Below are positions 1 through 10,161 of a stretch of 22,548 nt of DNA, piece by piece; positions within the stretch are counted from its first letter, which is position 1, and every line of letters begins with the position of its first letter. The notes under the pieces are model-generated. The model did not search any database and had not been told where the DNA came from. It worked only from the letters and a program-made list of their open reading frames with translations. Location of the stretch: positions 1-22,548 of the forward strand of contig NW_021836791.1 of the NCBI RefSeq assembly GCF_006345805.1, in the 5' to 3' direction. The stretch is from Octopus sinensis (Eukaryota). The position numbers and the translations under genes were made by a program.

Positions 1-244
1 AAGAGAGAGAGAGAGAGAGAGAGAGAGTGAGAAAGGAAGAAGGAGAGGGAGTTTGAGAAAGAGTGTTGTAAGAAAGGGGAAAGAGGAATAGAGATTGAGA
101 AAGAGAAAGGGAGAAACGGGAAAAAAGAGAGAAAGAGTGAAAGAGCGATAAGGAGGGAAAAAGAGAAAAAGATGAAGCGAGAGAAAAGCAAAAGCAGAGA
201 GACATAGACAGTGAGAGAAAGAGAGAGGCAGAGAGGGGGTGAGG

Positions 245-284
<40 letters not shown>
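1..284. repeat. (GA)n / purine-rich low-complexity tract
   Basis: GAGA runs at both ends with A/G-rich sequence between. Confidence 0.95.
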
Positions 285-286
<2 letters not shown>

Positions 287-459
287 TGACATATATTTAA
301 ACGAAACATTGACAGTTGCTGAAATCTTTCTCGTCAGATTCAATCGCATGGTGTCATTTGATTTTATACGTAAAAGATCGTATCACCGTGAGATATTAAA
401 TTGTTTTCTACCACGGAATAGAGGATGAGATGATTAAGTGATGCGGTTCAAACCGAGAT

Positions 460-565
460 GAACCTTCCTTCTTACTTTGTTGAAATGCAGTGCGCGTTTG
501 TTTCAATTAATTTTGAAAATAATGAAAAATTTAATAGCATAACTGTCATTATTAAAGCTAGTATT
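460..565 (+). mobile_element. 5' part of a non-autonomous TTAA-type (piggyBac-like) MITE, interrupted by nested insertions
   Basis: tttgtttcaattaattttgaaaataatgaa...tcattattaaagctagt matches the copies at 1732-1925 and 1941-2150; its missing 3' part appears to resume at ~1597. Confidence 0.55.
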
Positions 566-719
566 TTCAGTTCTTTACGTGCCAACCTCAAATCCCACCG
601 AGATTAACTTTGCCTTTGGAGATCGATGAAATAAATTATCAGTCAAATACTGGAGTCGATGTAATTGAATTCCGCCTCCTCTCAAAATTTCTAGTCCTGT
701 GACAAAAAAATCAGACGGA
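566..719 (+). mobile_element. SINE family A, 5'-truncated degenerate copy with ~17-bp target-site duplication
   Basis: ctcaaatcccaccgagattaactttgcc...actggagtcgatgtaattga matches family A; flanked by attatta(a)agctagtatt at 548-565 and 720-736. Confidence 0.75.
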
Positions 720-840
720 ATTATTAAGCTAGTATTAATGACTTGTAAGGTCATTAATGCTAACCAAAATATGCTATAGAGTATAGTAAACGATTACCGG
801 GTTCTACTGTGTTAGCAGTGCGCTGTAGATCAATTGTTAA

Positions 841-1187
841 GGTCATCACTACAGATAATCGATGGAAATTAAAGCCAGCTCTGATTTTTGTTACGACGTT
901 TCGTGTCCGAGACGTCAGGTGTAAATAAACAATGAGATCGAAGATGAAAAACGTAACGGGCGTATATGCCATATTTAGGGAGTTTTTGTTCCTTCATTGT
1001 ATTTAGTGGCTATTTAAACAATGTGTTCATGGATGATTAAGGGGTTAGATGGTACTGATGAAAGGGCAAAAGATCCAGAAATGTGCATATACGCACTGTT
1101 TGTTTACATATGACGTCTCGGATACGAAATATTGTAGCAAAAATCAGTGCTGGCTGAAATTTCTATATAGTAACTGTAGGTAGGACC
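841..1187. mobile_element. MITE with long TIRs and TTAA TSD, Kolobok-like (GG...CC termini)
   Basis: 841-934 and the reverse complement of 1094-1187 align gap-free at 74/94 nt; TTAA at 837-840 and 1188-1191; purine-purine/pyrimidine-pyrimidine ends with TTAA fit Kolobok rather than piggyBac. Confidence 0.8.
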
Positions 1188-1210
1188 TTAACAAGTGCTA
1201 TTAAGCTAGT

Positions 1211-1595
1211 GTTTTACGTTCTGGGTTCATATTCTGCTGAAATCGACTTTACCTTTCATCATTTCGAAGTAGATAAAATAAAGAACCAAATGAACATTGG
1301 GGTCGATGTAAGTGACTAGAATCCCTCCCCTACAACTTTCAGGCTTTGTGCCAATAATGCAAAGAGTTATTAAGTAAGAATAAGGCGGTCAGCTCGCAGA
1401 ACTGTTTAATCGTCGAAAAAAAAAAAAAAAAGAATGCTAGCGGCATTTTCCGGCACATTACGTTGTGCGTTCAAATTCTGCCGATGTTGACTTTGCTATT
1501 AATACTTTCAGAGTAAATGAAAGCACTGGGGTCGATGTAATCGTCTTACTAACTTTCCCTAAAATTAATGACCTTGTATTCAAATTTGAAGCGAT
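1211..1595 (+). mobile_element. Two tandem degenerate SINE family A copies (~1211-1372 and ~1381-1595)
   Basis: acgttctgggttcatattctgc...tggggtcgatgtaag; then taaggcggtcagctcgcagaa...cgttcaaattctgccgatgttgactttgc...cactggggtcgatgtaatcg. Confidence 0.75.
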
Positions 1596-1596
1596 T

Positions 1597-2150
1597 GTTA
1601 TTTAAGCTAGGATTTGGAATTTAAACACATACAATTTTGATGGATGGTTTTAATTTAGATCATTTTAAAACACAAAGCTTACATCAAAGAACCAGGAGCG
1701 GTTTCAGGTGGGTTGGTACCAGAAGGCTTAATGCTTCTGTTTCTGTATTTCTTCTGAAACACACAGCTTTTGTCTCGATTAATTTCGAAAATAATGAAGA
1801 GTAGCGAAAATAACTTTTTCAGTATTAATTTGATAATTGAAACATAAATCAACTTGTAATTTTGATGGGAGGTTCTAATTTAAAACAGGAAATATGTACC
1901 ATTAAAGCAGAGGCGGTTTCAGGCGAAATGCTATATTTAACCATTTTGTTACCAATGAAATATGCTGCTTATGTTTTTGTTAATTTTGGAAATATTGAAG
2001 AATCTAGCAAAATAATTTTGTCATTACTTAGCTAGTGTTTGGAATTTAAATTTACATAAAATTTACATAAGATTTTACATAAGGTTTAAATTTACATAAA
2101 ATTTACATGATTTTAATTTAGAACTCTTTGAAACAGAAAGCGGTATTCAG
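1597..2150 (+). mobile_element. Head-to-tail array of ~200-bp piggyBac-like MITE copies
   Basis: Recurrent blocks ttaattt(t/c)gaaaataatgaaga, ttttgatgg, tttaatttaga and gcggtttcagg; right end ggtaccagaaggc-TTAA (1728-1731) is complementary to left end TTAA-ccattttgttacc (1937-1953). Confidence 0.6.
2047..2110. repeat. Short tandem repeat of aaatttacataa-like 12-mer
   Basis: About five imperfect copies of (a/g)atttacat(a/g)a inside the third MITE copy. Confidence 0.8.
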
Positions 2151-2702
2151 CTGCGTTCCCTTACATCATTGTTTGCTCCGACTTTTACTGCTCTTTACGT
2201 AACTGAAGCGTACAGTAGGGCGTATCAACTCTGCTTGCTTGATCTGCTTAAAAAAAAACTGCCTGGTCTCTCTCAAATCCCGCTTTATTGCCAATAAAAT
2301 CTGAAATACAATGAATAAAAACGAGCGGAATGGTTATGTCTGGAACACCTTTAATCATAGGTTTTCTTGATTATCGTTGGCTTGGAGCTAAACAATGATG
2401 AAGACAAGATCGATAATGTGAGAATCAATTTACAGCTAGAGTGAAATCCTTATCTAGAAATATGGAAGATATAAATAATCCCTCTACTTATGAACTTCTT
2501 TTGTAAAACCAATCTCAAGTTCCATATTAGGATGATTTATTGTCATTCATTCTTTTACAATATCATCACCAAGAATTTAATGTAACTTAATGAATTCGTC
2601 TTTCGTAAGCTTGTTTTTTATTGAAGACCGTCTTAGTGTTCTTCGTTTTCAATAGTGTTGACTTCTTTGTCCAAGAACAGTTGTTACTGTTCTTTAAGTA
2701 TT

Positions 2703-2856
2703 GGAGAGTTCAAATGCCACTGAACGTTGCCTTTCATCCTTGCAAGGTCGATAAAATAAAATACCAGTCAAGTACTGGAGGCAGGATCGATGTAATCGAC
2801 TTGCCCCCTCGCCTCAGAATTGCCAATCTTGTTCCGAAATTTGGAACCATTATTAG
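2703..2856 (+). mobile_element. SINE family A, 5'-truncated
   Basis: gagttcaaatgcc...ttgcctttcatccttgcaaggtcgataaaataaaataccag...gatcgatgtaatcgacttgccccctc...attatta. Confidence 0.8.
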
Positions 2857-2919
2857 GATGGTGGATTGGCAGTAACGCTAGACCATGGGGAAAATGTTTT
2901 GCTGTATTTGTTCCGTCTC

Positions 2920-3500
2920 TTTAAGCTCTTTAAGGTGTGGGACTTGACTATCAGAACAGTGGCGCACGAGGACATTCGATATAATCCAAGTGAAATGAGA
3001 TGTGTTCATCCGCGTCAAGCAGTTAATTTACAAGGTCAAAAGCCCTCACGAACATGGCATGCTCTGGTTCTCTGTTGAGGAAAACTTCCACCAAGACCAA
3101 ACGTTTGACAGGAGAAGTGACATGGTTATGTACAGAACCTTCCGATGTTCCCAGTGCACACTAACTTTTCAATAACACTGACGGATTTCGGGGAGGTGAG
3201 TAATGAAGATCATATCATGGTACCTCACATCTTTCCACAAGGTCTTAGAGTTAATATTGCTATTACGTTGAATTTCTGGAGACATTTAAGCTCTGGATGG
3301 ATGAAGTACGCAGTGGAATACCATATGTGTTACAACAAGACTCAGTACCTTCTCGTAAATCGCACATAACTCAACAACGACTACCAGACAATCTTTACGA
3401 TCATGTAACACTAAACTTGTGCTCTTCAAACTAGCCAGATTTAAATCCCATTGTTCTCTACTTTTGAAGCGTTGGTGTCTAGGTACAGTACAAAAGGAAC
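2920..3500 (+). pseudogene. Decayed Tc1/mariner transposase, DD37D (maT-type)
   Basis: Across frameshifts: TIRTVAHEDIRY / KVKSPHEHGMLWFSVEENFHQDQ / WLCTEPSDVP / HTNFSITLTDFGEVSNEDHIMVPHIFPQGLRVN / LETFKLWMDEVRSGIPYVLQQDSVPSRKSHITQQRLPDNLYDHVTLNLCSSN*PDLNPIVLY. Second catalytic D is at 3339-3341, and 37 residues separate it from the expected third position (3453-3455). No TIRs found. Confidence 0.85.
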
Positions 3501-4089
3501 AGGGATCATTTTGTGCCGGTATATCACCGATTCCAGTTCTCTCATTTTTGGACTTCCTAGATAAAAATTGTTTCATTAAATGTCCTCAAATACGTCTCGC
3601 AACCCCTGGATTGCGTTACGTGTGTGAACCTGTTCTTCTTTATGACTAGAATTCGTATTTATAACGTCTGTTATAATTCCCAATAAAATCGTATCAGTTT
3701 ATTCCTAATAAGTAACGATTTTTATTATCAAACTACTTCTATATATAGACATATATGTTTTCTCTTTGCGCGTTAATGAACAAAGACATGCTCTTAATGA
3801 ATAGACGTGGTCAATGAAGCAAATGTCTTGGACATAATTAAGCAAAAGATATTGTTTCGTTTTGTATGTTTGACTTACTTTGTAATAAATCTCCTTACAT
3901 TTATTACACCTCATTACTCTTGATATTGAATTGAATTACTTCAATAATTGATAGTTTGAAAATTCTATTTCGCTTAGGTTCAAGTATGGTTGTCTGCTTA
4001 AAAAGCTCGTGTCTTATATTACGCTTCTACAGCCTCAGGTAGACCAATATCTCGAGAGTGGAAACCGGTAAAGAGAATGCGGAAGCACG

Positions 4090-4090
<1 letters not shown>

Positions 4091-4174
<84 letters not shown>

Positions 4175-4290
4175 TATATATATATGTACGCACACATATA
4201 TACACACCACACACACGCACACACAAAGACACACACACATGTATGTATCTGTATGTGTTCATGTGTGCATATATATTTATACATACATTA
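4091..4290. repeat. (TA)n/(CA)n compound microsatellite
   Basis: Direct inspection. Confidence 0.95.
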
Positions 4291-4399
4291 TGAGAATTAA
4301 GAAACTTCCTGAGACAAACTACATTTGTAACGGTAGAATCCAAAATAGATAAAGCTATATACAATCTTTTCAATTAAAAGCACAAAAACTGGGATTTTT

Positions 4400-4584
4400 A
4401 ATGGAGAGTGATAGTCGATAACATCAACTCCAGGGCTCAACTGGTCCTTTTTTTCATCATTGAACTCAAAAGGACAAAAGGTAAAGCCGATCTCGGTAGG
4501 ATTTGAACTCCGAATGTAAAGACGAGTGAAATGCCGTGAAGCATCTTGTCCGCCACGGTGCGATTTTGCCAGCCTGCTACCTTA
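4400..4584 (-). mobile_element. SINE family A, degenerate
   Basis: Reverse complement reads taaggtagcaggctggcaaaatcg...attcggagttcaaatcctaccgagatcggctttacc. Confidence 0.8.
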
Positions 4585-4765
4585 GATTAAATTGTAAATG
4601 ATTGCGTATAAAATACTGAGTTGAGTAACCTTCAACTACTTTTTTTCCACCCAAGAGATTTCTCAACACAAAATTCTACTCGTTATTCTTTGTAGCTTTA
4701 TCTACTTCGAGTACCACGGTTTAAAATGATTTACTTCATATTTCTCAAATTTCTTAATTTTTATA

Positions 4766-4930
4766 ATTTGTTTCAGTCATTTGACAAATCCACTCCAGAA
4801 CTTATACCTTGTAATCCTAGTACTTATTCTATCGGTCTCTTTCGCCGAACCGCTAGGTTACAGGGACTTAGATACACACCAACATTGATTGTCAAGCGAT
4901 GCTGGGGGCGGGGACAAACACAGACATACA

Positions 4931-4967
<37 letters not shown>

Positions 4968-5002
4968 TCTCTTTTACTCTTTTACTTGTTTCAGTCATTT
5001 GA
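4766..5002 (-). repeat. Inverted duplicate of 5595-5842 (SINE family B 3' module)
   Basis: Only 3 substitutions versus 5595-5842 outside the TA tract; same internal deletion and same tail junction. Confidence 0.95.
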
Positions 5003-5223
5003 AGGACAAAGCTTGGTAAGGACAAAGCTTGCAAAATGGATAAAGAATTTTCGAAGTATTGTTTTTGTCTAATAGTTAGTACGTCTGTCATGTTCATCGA
5101 TGACACGAGTCCGTGTCTCACTAACAGCCTTCGATATTTTTCAAGCCAAATTTCCTATACGCTGTTACTTATAGTTTTAACTAATTCGAGATCCACCATT
5201 AAAAATAACATACTATACATATA

Positions 5224-5630
5224 GGCGCAGGAGTGGCTGTGTGTTAAGTAGTTTGCTTACCAATCACATGGTTCTGGGTTCAGTCCCACTGTGTGGCACC
5301 TTGAGTAAGTGCCTTCTACTGTAGCCTCGCGCCGACAAAAGCCTTGTGAGTGGATTTGGTAGACGGAAACTGAAAGAAGCCCGTCGTATATATGTATATA
5401 TATATATGTGCGTGTATGTTTGTGTGTCTTTGTTTGTCCCCCTAGCATTGCTTGACAACCGATGCTGGTGTGTTTATGTCCCCGTCACTTAGCGGTTCGG
5501 CAAAAGAGACCGATAAAATAAGTACTGGGCTTACAAAGAATAAGTCCCGGGTTCGAGTTGCTCGATTAAAAGCGGTGCTCCAGCATGGCCGCAGTCAAAT
5601 GACTGAAACAAGTAAAAGAGTAAAAGAGAG
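5224..5630 (+). mobile_element. SINE family B, full-length (tRNA-like head, internal TA/TG microsatellite, taaaaga tail)
   Basis: A-box-like tggctgtgtg, B-box-like gggttcagtccc (5276-5287); collinear with the copies at 9724 and 17530. Confidence 0.9.
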
Positions 5631-5665
<35 letters not shown>

Positions 5666-5672
5666 TATATAT

Positions 5673-5858
5673 ATGTTTGTATGTCTGTGTTTGTCCCCGC
5701 CCCCAGCATCGCTTGACAATCAATGTTGGTGTGTATCTACGTCCCTGTAACCTAGCGGTTCGGCGAAAGAGACCGATGGAATAAGTACTAGGATTACAAG
5801 GTATAAGTCCTGGAGTGGATTTGTCAAATGACTGAAACAAATAAAAGAATAAAAGAAT
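5673..5858 (+). mobile_element. Second, internally deleted SINE family B 3' module in tandem
   Basis: tgtttgtcccc...agcggttcggcgaaagagaccg...ataagtact...gatttg joined directly to tcaaatgactgaaacaa (the ctcgactaaaggcgg...gcag block is missing). Confidence 0.9.
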
Positions 5859-6913
5859 ACATGTATATAGTGAAAGTTTCAAGAATTCATTGAAATTATC
5901 ATTAGAATGAAATAATTATAAAGGCATGTTGTTTGCGTGCTTTGTAGTAAGTCACCAAGGATCGTAGGAATATTGTTATAACTGATAAAATCATCAGCAC
6001 CAGATTAAGACCTTTACAGCGTTTCATTCCAGGTAGAATTGATGATGAATTTTACGTGTGCTGTATGTGTTGGGTTTTCGGTTTGTGTTTTGCTTTCAGT
6101 AAAGCTTCCAAATACTATCAAGTATATACAGTGTTTACGCCTATATGTATGTATGGTTTATGTCAATGTTCATAATGTTGTTGTTTTGTTTTGTTTTGTT
6201 CAAAACATTGGATGTTTTCCCATTTGATAACTGAATAAAAATTATTCATTTGTTCAGCTGTCAAATATACGACATCCCTTCACGCGGCTTTCTTTTTCCT
6301 TTTATTTATTACATGTTTGTTTCCAAACAAACAAGAACTTATGAACTGAAACAAATACAAATTTACAATCATTTCTGCAGGCATTGTACGAATATAAATG
6401 AAAGGAAATCTCTAAGGAAAGTATTCATAATTTAACGGAAAGTTGAAATGATATTTCAGATTCTACACGTAACACTGAACAACTATGAGACTCAAAGATG
6501 AGGACAAATGATGTATTGGTCTGTCAGATAAATTAGTTCGCTTTTTTCTACTTGGCACTCTATCGTAATACGTCTGAAAACAGGTAAAACTTATTCAAAC
6601 TTCAAAAACGATAAGGAGAATTTGCTGAGGAAGACTAGGGTTACAAAAAAAAAAAACGTTAAAATACTACAATGAAAATATTTCGTGTTAAGTCAAGAAT
6701 TTAAAGAAATTGAAGAAACAAAAAAAACTAACGGATTTATCTTACAGTCCGATAGTTTAAACAGTTGTGAGTGTCTAGCCTTCAGGTCAGATCTAACACA
6801 AAAGGCCCTCCAGTGGTGACCGCTACATATATTTTTCTATACAATGAGAAACTATTCTTAGTTTAGTTTGCTATATTTAAGATATTAGGGTGTCATTTGA
6901 GGAAGATCTGATT

Positions 6914-6955
6914 GGTGTAATTTGAGGGAGTTGTGACAGCTATTTCTACCATATC
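6914..6955 (+). repeat. Fragment of an old unclassified dispersed repeat
   Basis: gtaatttgagggag...gctatttct motif recurs at ~19706-19755 and ~20664-20700, and weakly at ~12885-12905. Confidence 0.45.
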
Positions 6956-7034
6956 TTATGATCGTCTAAAAGTTTCCGCAATGGTATATGTTTAAATCAG
7001 ATTGTATTCATAATCCCAATATGTAAAGCAGAGT

Positions 7035-7110
7035 TTGTGTGCGTGTGTGTGTGCATTTGTGAGTGTGTGTGTGTGTGTGGTTTGTGTGTATGTGTGTATG
7101 TGTGCGCGCG
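7035..7110. repeat. (TG)n microsatellite
   Basis: Direct inspection. Confidence 0.9.
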
Positions 7111-7402
7111 TATGTTCCTTATGCATACGAAAACTTCGTTGCCGATTTTGATGTATGGGGTATCAAAAGATTTAGTAATCTTTCAGCTATCAAATAAACT
7201 TTATTCTCATTTACATATTTGCATTACAAACATTTAACATTATAATGTTCCTATAAGTCAACTATCGTAAACGACTTTTTATACCACTACGACGACAATG
7301 ACGTCACATTTTCTATATGAGTGTGTGTGTGTGTTTCTGCGTTCGTTACGTACTTTAGGCCGATGACTGAGAAGTATATGTGTATGAGTGTATGTGACTT
7401 AT

Positions 7403-7446
<44 letters not shown>

Positions 7447-7449
<3 letters not shown>

Positions 7450-8310
7450 CGGGGTAATAAAGCAGCAACAACAGCAATCACAGCATTATCAGCAACAACG
7501 ACTACACCAAAAGGCAACACGCGCAGGGAGGCGAATATGACGGGCACCAACATCACACCCAGCGACGGCAACACCAGCACCAGCAGTAACAGCCCCAACC
7601 GCAGTAGCGACAGCACCACCAACAGCAGCATCTACAACAGCAGCAGGCGCAACGATATCACGCGGGGAACTTTCTCAAACAGCGTATTTCCAATCATCTG
7701 TCCTTCAGAGCCCCAGTAAAGAGATACGTGACATCGCTGGCCAGCCATATCCGGCAATTACGAGACGAAGAGATTCCATACTCGATCGCATGGAAAATAC
7801 TCGAGAACCCAGGCCCCTACATCAACGGAACGAAACGGTGCAAGTTATGCATTGCTGAACGCACGAGGATCCTTAAAGACTCGCTCGTGCCAGGTAGAAT
7901 CCTGAACTCCAGGACGGAGATTTTCGGACCATGCCTGCATTTTAGAATATTCCTGCTGGCATTTTGGAATCAGCAGGGCGGCACCACAGCCGAAAACCAA
8001 TAACCAAGGCCGAAGAGAAACAATCATTTACCTTCGTTGTGCTTTGGTAACCGCAAGATGACAGCTGGCCGAAGATCGATGGACGATGGTAAAGGGAGAT
8101 AATCACCTAGGGTTTTATCTTTAAAAACGAGGCTTTTCCCCTTCCATATTTTAAAGAGGTCTCAGGCCAGCAGTGTTTAGGATCTGAAGATACGCCATAA
8201 TGCTAAACCTCTTATGGGCGAGAAACCCAGGCTAACCCCATAAACCGGCCTACCCCACTATAATATTAATTGCTCTACATATTACAGTGTGCTTCTTCTC
8301 CGGGTTTATG
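7447..8310 (+). mobile_element. Penelope-like retroelement 3' fragment: low-complexity linker, GIY-YIG endonuclease C-terminal half and 3' terminal repeat region
   Basis: Frame open 7608-8003 encodes LKQRISNHLSFRAPVKRYVTSLASHIRQLRDEEIPYSIAWKILENPGPYINGTKRCKLCIAERTRIL...ILNSRTEIFGPCLH. This matches the PLE endonuclease pattern FKxRxxNHxxSF...LSxxIWxL...W.I...Y..G.K.CxLC..EK...LNxRxE....CxH. The YIG motif and RT are absent. Confidence 0.85.
8175..8245 (+). ncRNA. Degenerate minimal type I hammerhead ribozyme motif
   Basis: gtttaggat-CTGAAGA (8184-8190)-stem II (cgccataa/ttatgggcg)-GAAAC (8222-8226)-ccaggcTA-accccataaac; located in the PLE 3' region, where such motifs are known. Confidence 0.55.
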
Positions 8311-8573
8311 TATATCTAAATGGCCTCAGCTCTGGCTGTAATCCATTAGTGAGTAAAATACACACACACACACACACACACAAACATATTCATCTAAGTT
8401 CAAACTCTCAAAACTAATTTTACTTTCATCTCCTTCTCTCTTCTTTTCATCCTCTTTTCTCTCTTCTTCTACCTCTACTCGCCATCCAGCTTCACTTTCA
8501 CACTCCCTGCCTTTCATCAGTCAAGCTATTAATCAATTTTACTATCTATCGCTTTGGGTCAATGACTATTTGC

Positions 8574-8576
<3 letters not shown>

Positions 8577-8660
<84 letters not shown>

Positions 8661-8661
8661 C
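8577..8661. repeat. (CTAT)n microsatellite
   Basis: Direct inspection. Confidence 0.95.
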
Positions 8662-9060
8662 AGCTACCTATTCTCTCCATTATCCTTGTGTCCTGCTTTA
8701 CTTCCGTCTATCTTCCTCCTACATTCTCCCTCCCTCTACCATTTGCCTATCTCCTACCCCTCTTCGTCCTTCACTCTCCATCTCTCTCACCCCCTCTATC
8801 TCTTTCCTTACATCTCTTACTACAACCCTTTCAACGCTGTCACAATGACACTATGACATCGTCTTCCGAACGTCTTACATACAGAAACACTATAATTTCA
8901 AGTGGGATCTCAAGACTTCATTTCACAGAAATTCTTCCATTCAATATGTCTTCCCAAACAGGAAGTCTGTAAATCTGTGTATCAACCATCACCAAGAACA
9001 CAAGCAGCGACGTTTGTTTTTCGCAATAATGCGCGATTATTCTCAAAATTCAATGGTGCG

Positions 9061-9061
<1 letters not shown>

Positions 9062-9103
<42 letters not shown>

Positions 9104-9104
9104 A

Positions 9105-9135
<31 letters not shown>

Positions 9136-9147
9136 ACACCACCACCA

Positions 9148-9211
<64 letters not shown>

Positions 9212-9409
9212 TTGCTGCAGCCCTTCCTCCTTCTCTGTCTCTTCTTCTCCTCCTCCTCCGTCTCTTCTTCTCCTTCTCCGTCACTTCTTCTACTACTACT
9301 ACTACTGCTACTACTACTACTACTACTACTGCTGCTGCTGCTACTACTACTACTGCTTCGTCTTCTACTACTACTACTACTAATACTACTACTACTACGA
9401 CTACTTCGT

Positions 9410-9464
<55 letters not shown>
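9062..9464. repeat. Compound (CTA)n/(CTG)n/(CTT)n trinucleotide microsatellite
   Basis: Direct inspection; explains the poly-T/L/Y/S ORFs. Confidence 0.95.
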
Positions 9465-9554
9465 GTATTGTTGATCTTCTTCAGCTGGTAGAGGCGTTGG
9501 CTTGTCGAATAAATGCTAAGGGGTAGTTCTTCCAGCTCTTCACGTGACTGGCGA

Positions 9555-9690
9555 AGAAGCTTTATTTTATCCTATCCATTCGGGATCAACAAAAGAATGC
9601 CATTCAAATACTGGGATCGATCTAATCGACCAACCAACTCACTCAAAAGTACCAGCCTTGTGTTTACAGTAGAAATCAAAAATAATAAAT
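9555..9690 (+). mobile_element. SINE family A 3' fragment
   Basis: ttatcctatccattcgggatc...caaatactgggatcgatctaatcgac...ccagccttgtgtttacagtagaaa. Confidence 0.65.
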
Positions 9691-9723
9691 GATTGAATAA
9701 ATAAATAAATAAATAAATAATAT

Positions 9724-10140
9724 TGTGTGGTAAGTAGCTTGCTAACCAACCACATGGTTCCGGGTTCAGTCCCACTGCGTGGCATCTTGGGCAAGTGTCT
9801 TCTGCTATAGCCCCGGACCGACCAATGCCTTGTGAGTGGATTTGGTAGACGGAAACTGAAAGAAAGAAGCCTGTCGTATATATGTATATATATATGTATG
9901 TATGTGTGTGTGTTTGTGTGTCTGTGTTTGTCCCCCTAGCATTGCTTGACAACCGATGCTGGTGTGTTTACGTCCCCATCACTTAGCAGTTCGGCAAAAA
10001 GAGACCGATAGAATAAGTACTGGGCTTACAAAGAATAAGTCCCGGGGTCGATTTGCTCGACTAAAGGCGGTGCTCCAGCATGGCCGCAGTCAAATGGCTG
10101 AAACAAGCAAAAGAAAAAAGAAAAAAGAAAAAGAAAGAAA
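9724..10140 (+). mobile_element. SINE family B, near full-length
   Basis: tgtgtggtaagtagcttgctaaccaaccacatggttccgggttcagtcccactgcgtggcatcttgggcaagtg...gcagtcaaatggctgaaacaag. Confidence 0.92.
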
Positions 10141-10161
10141 AAATAAATAAATAGATAAATA

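Noticed and set aside
760-972. 70-aa ORF with a hydrophobic N-terminus
   Set aside because: Most of it lies in the left TIR of the 841-1187 MITE, and it has no recognisable domain.
4033-4067. Possible 35-nt exon (ttctacAG ... CCG/gtaaag; PQVDQYLESGN or SGRPISREWKP)
   Set aside because: Modest splice signals, no recognisable homology and not frame-preserving; such matches arise by chance in 22 kb.
8004-8100. Possible SECIS (ATGA...AA...GA) after the Penelope ORF, since some PLEs encode selenoproteins
   Set aside because: The required helix does not pair, and the ORF has no in-frame TGA at its Cys positions.
8902-9526. Long ORFs of 100-190 aa
   Set aside because: They are open only because of CTA/CTG repeats; the unique parts show no recognisable motif.
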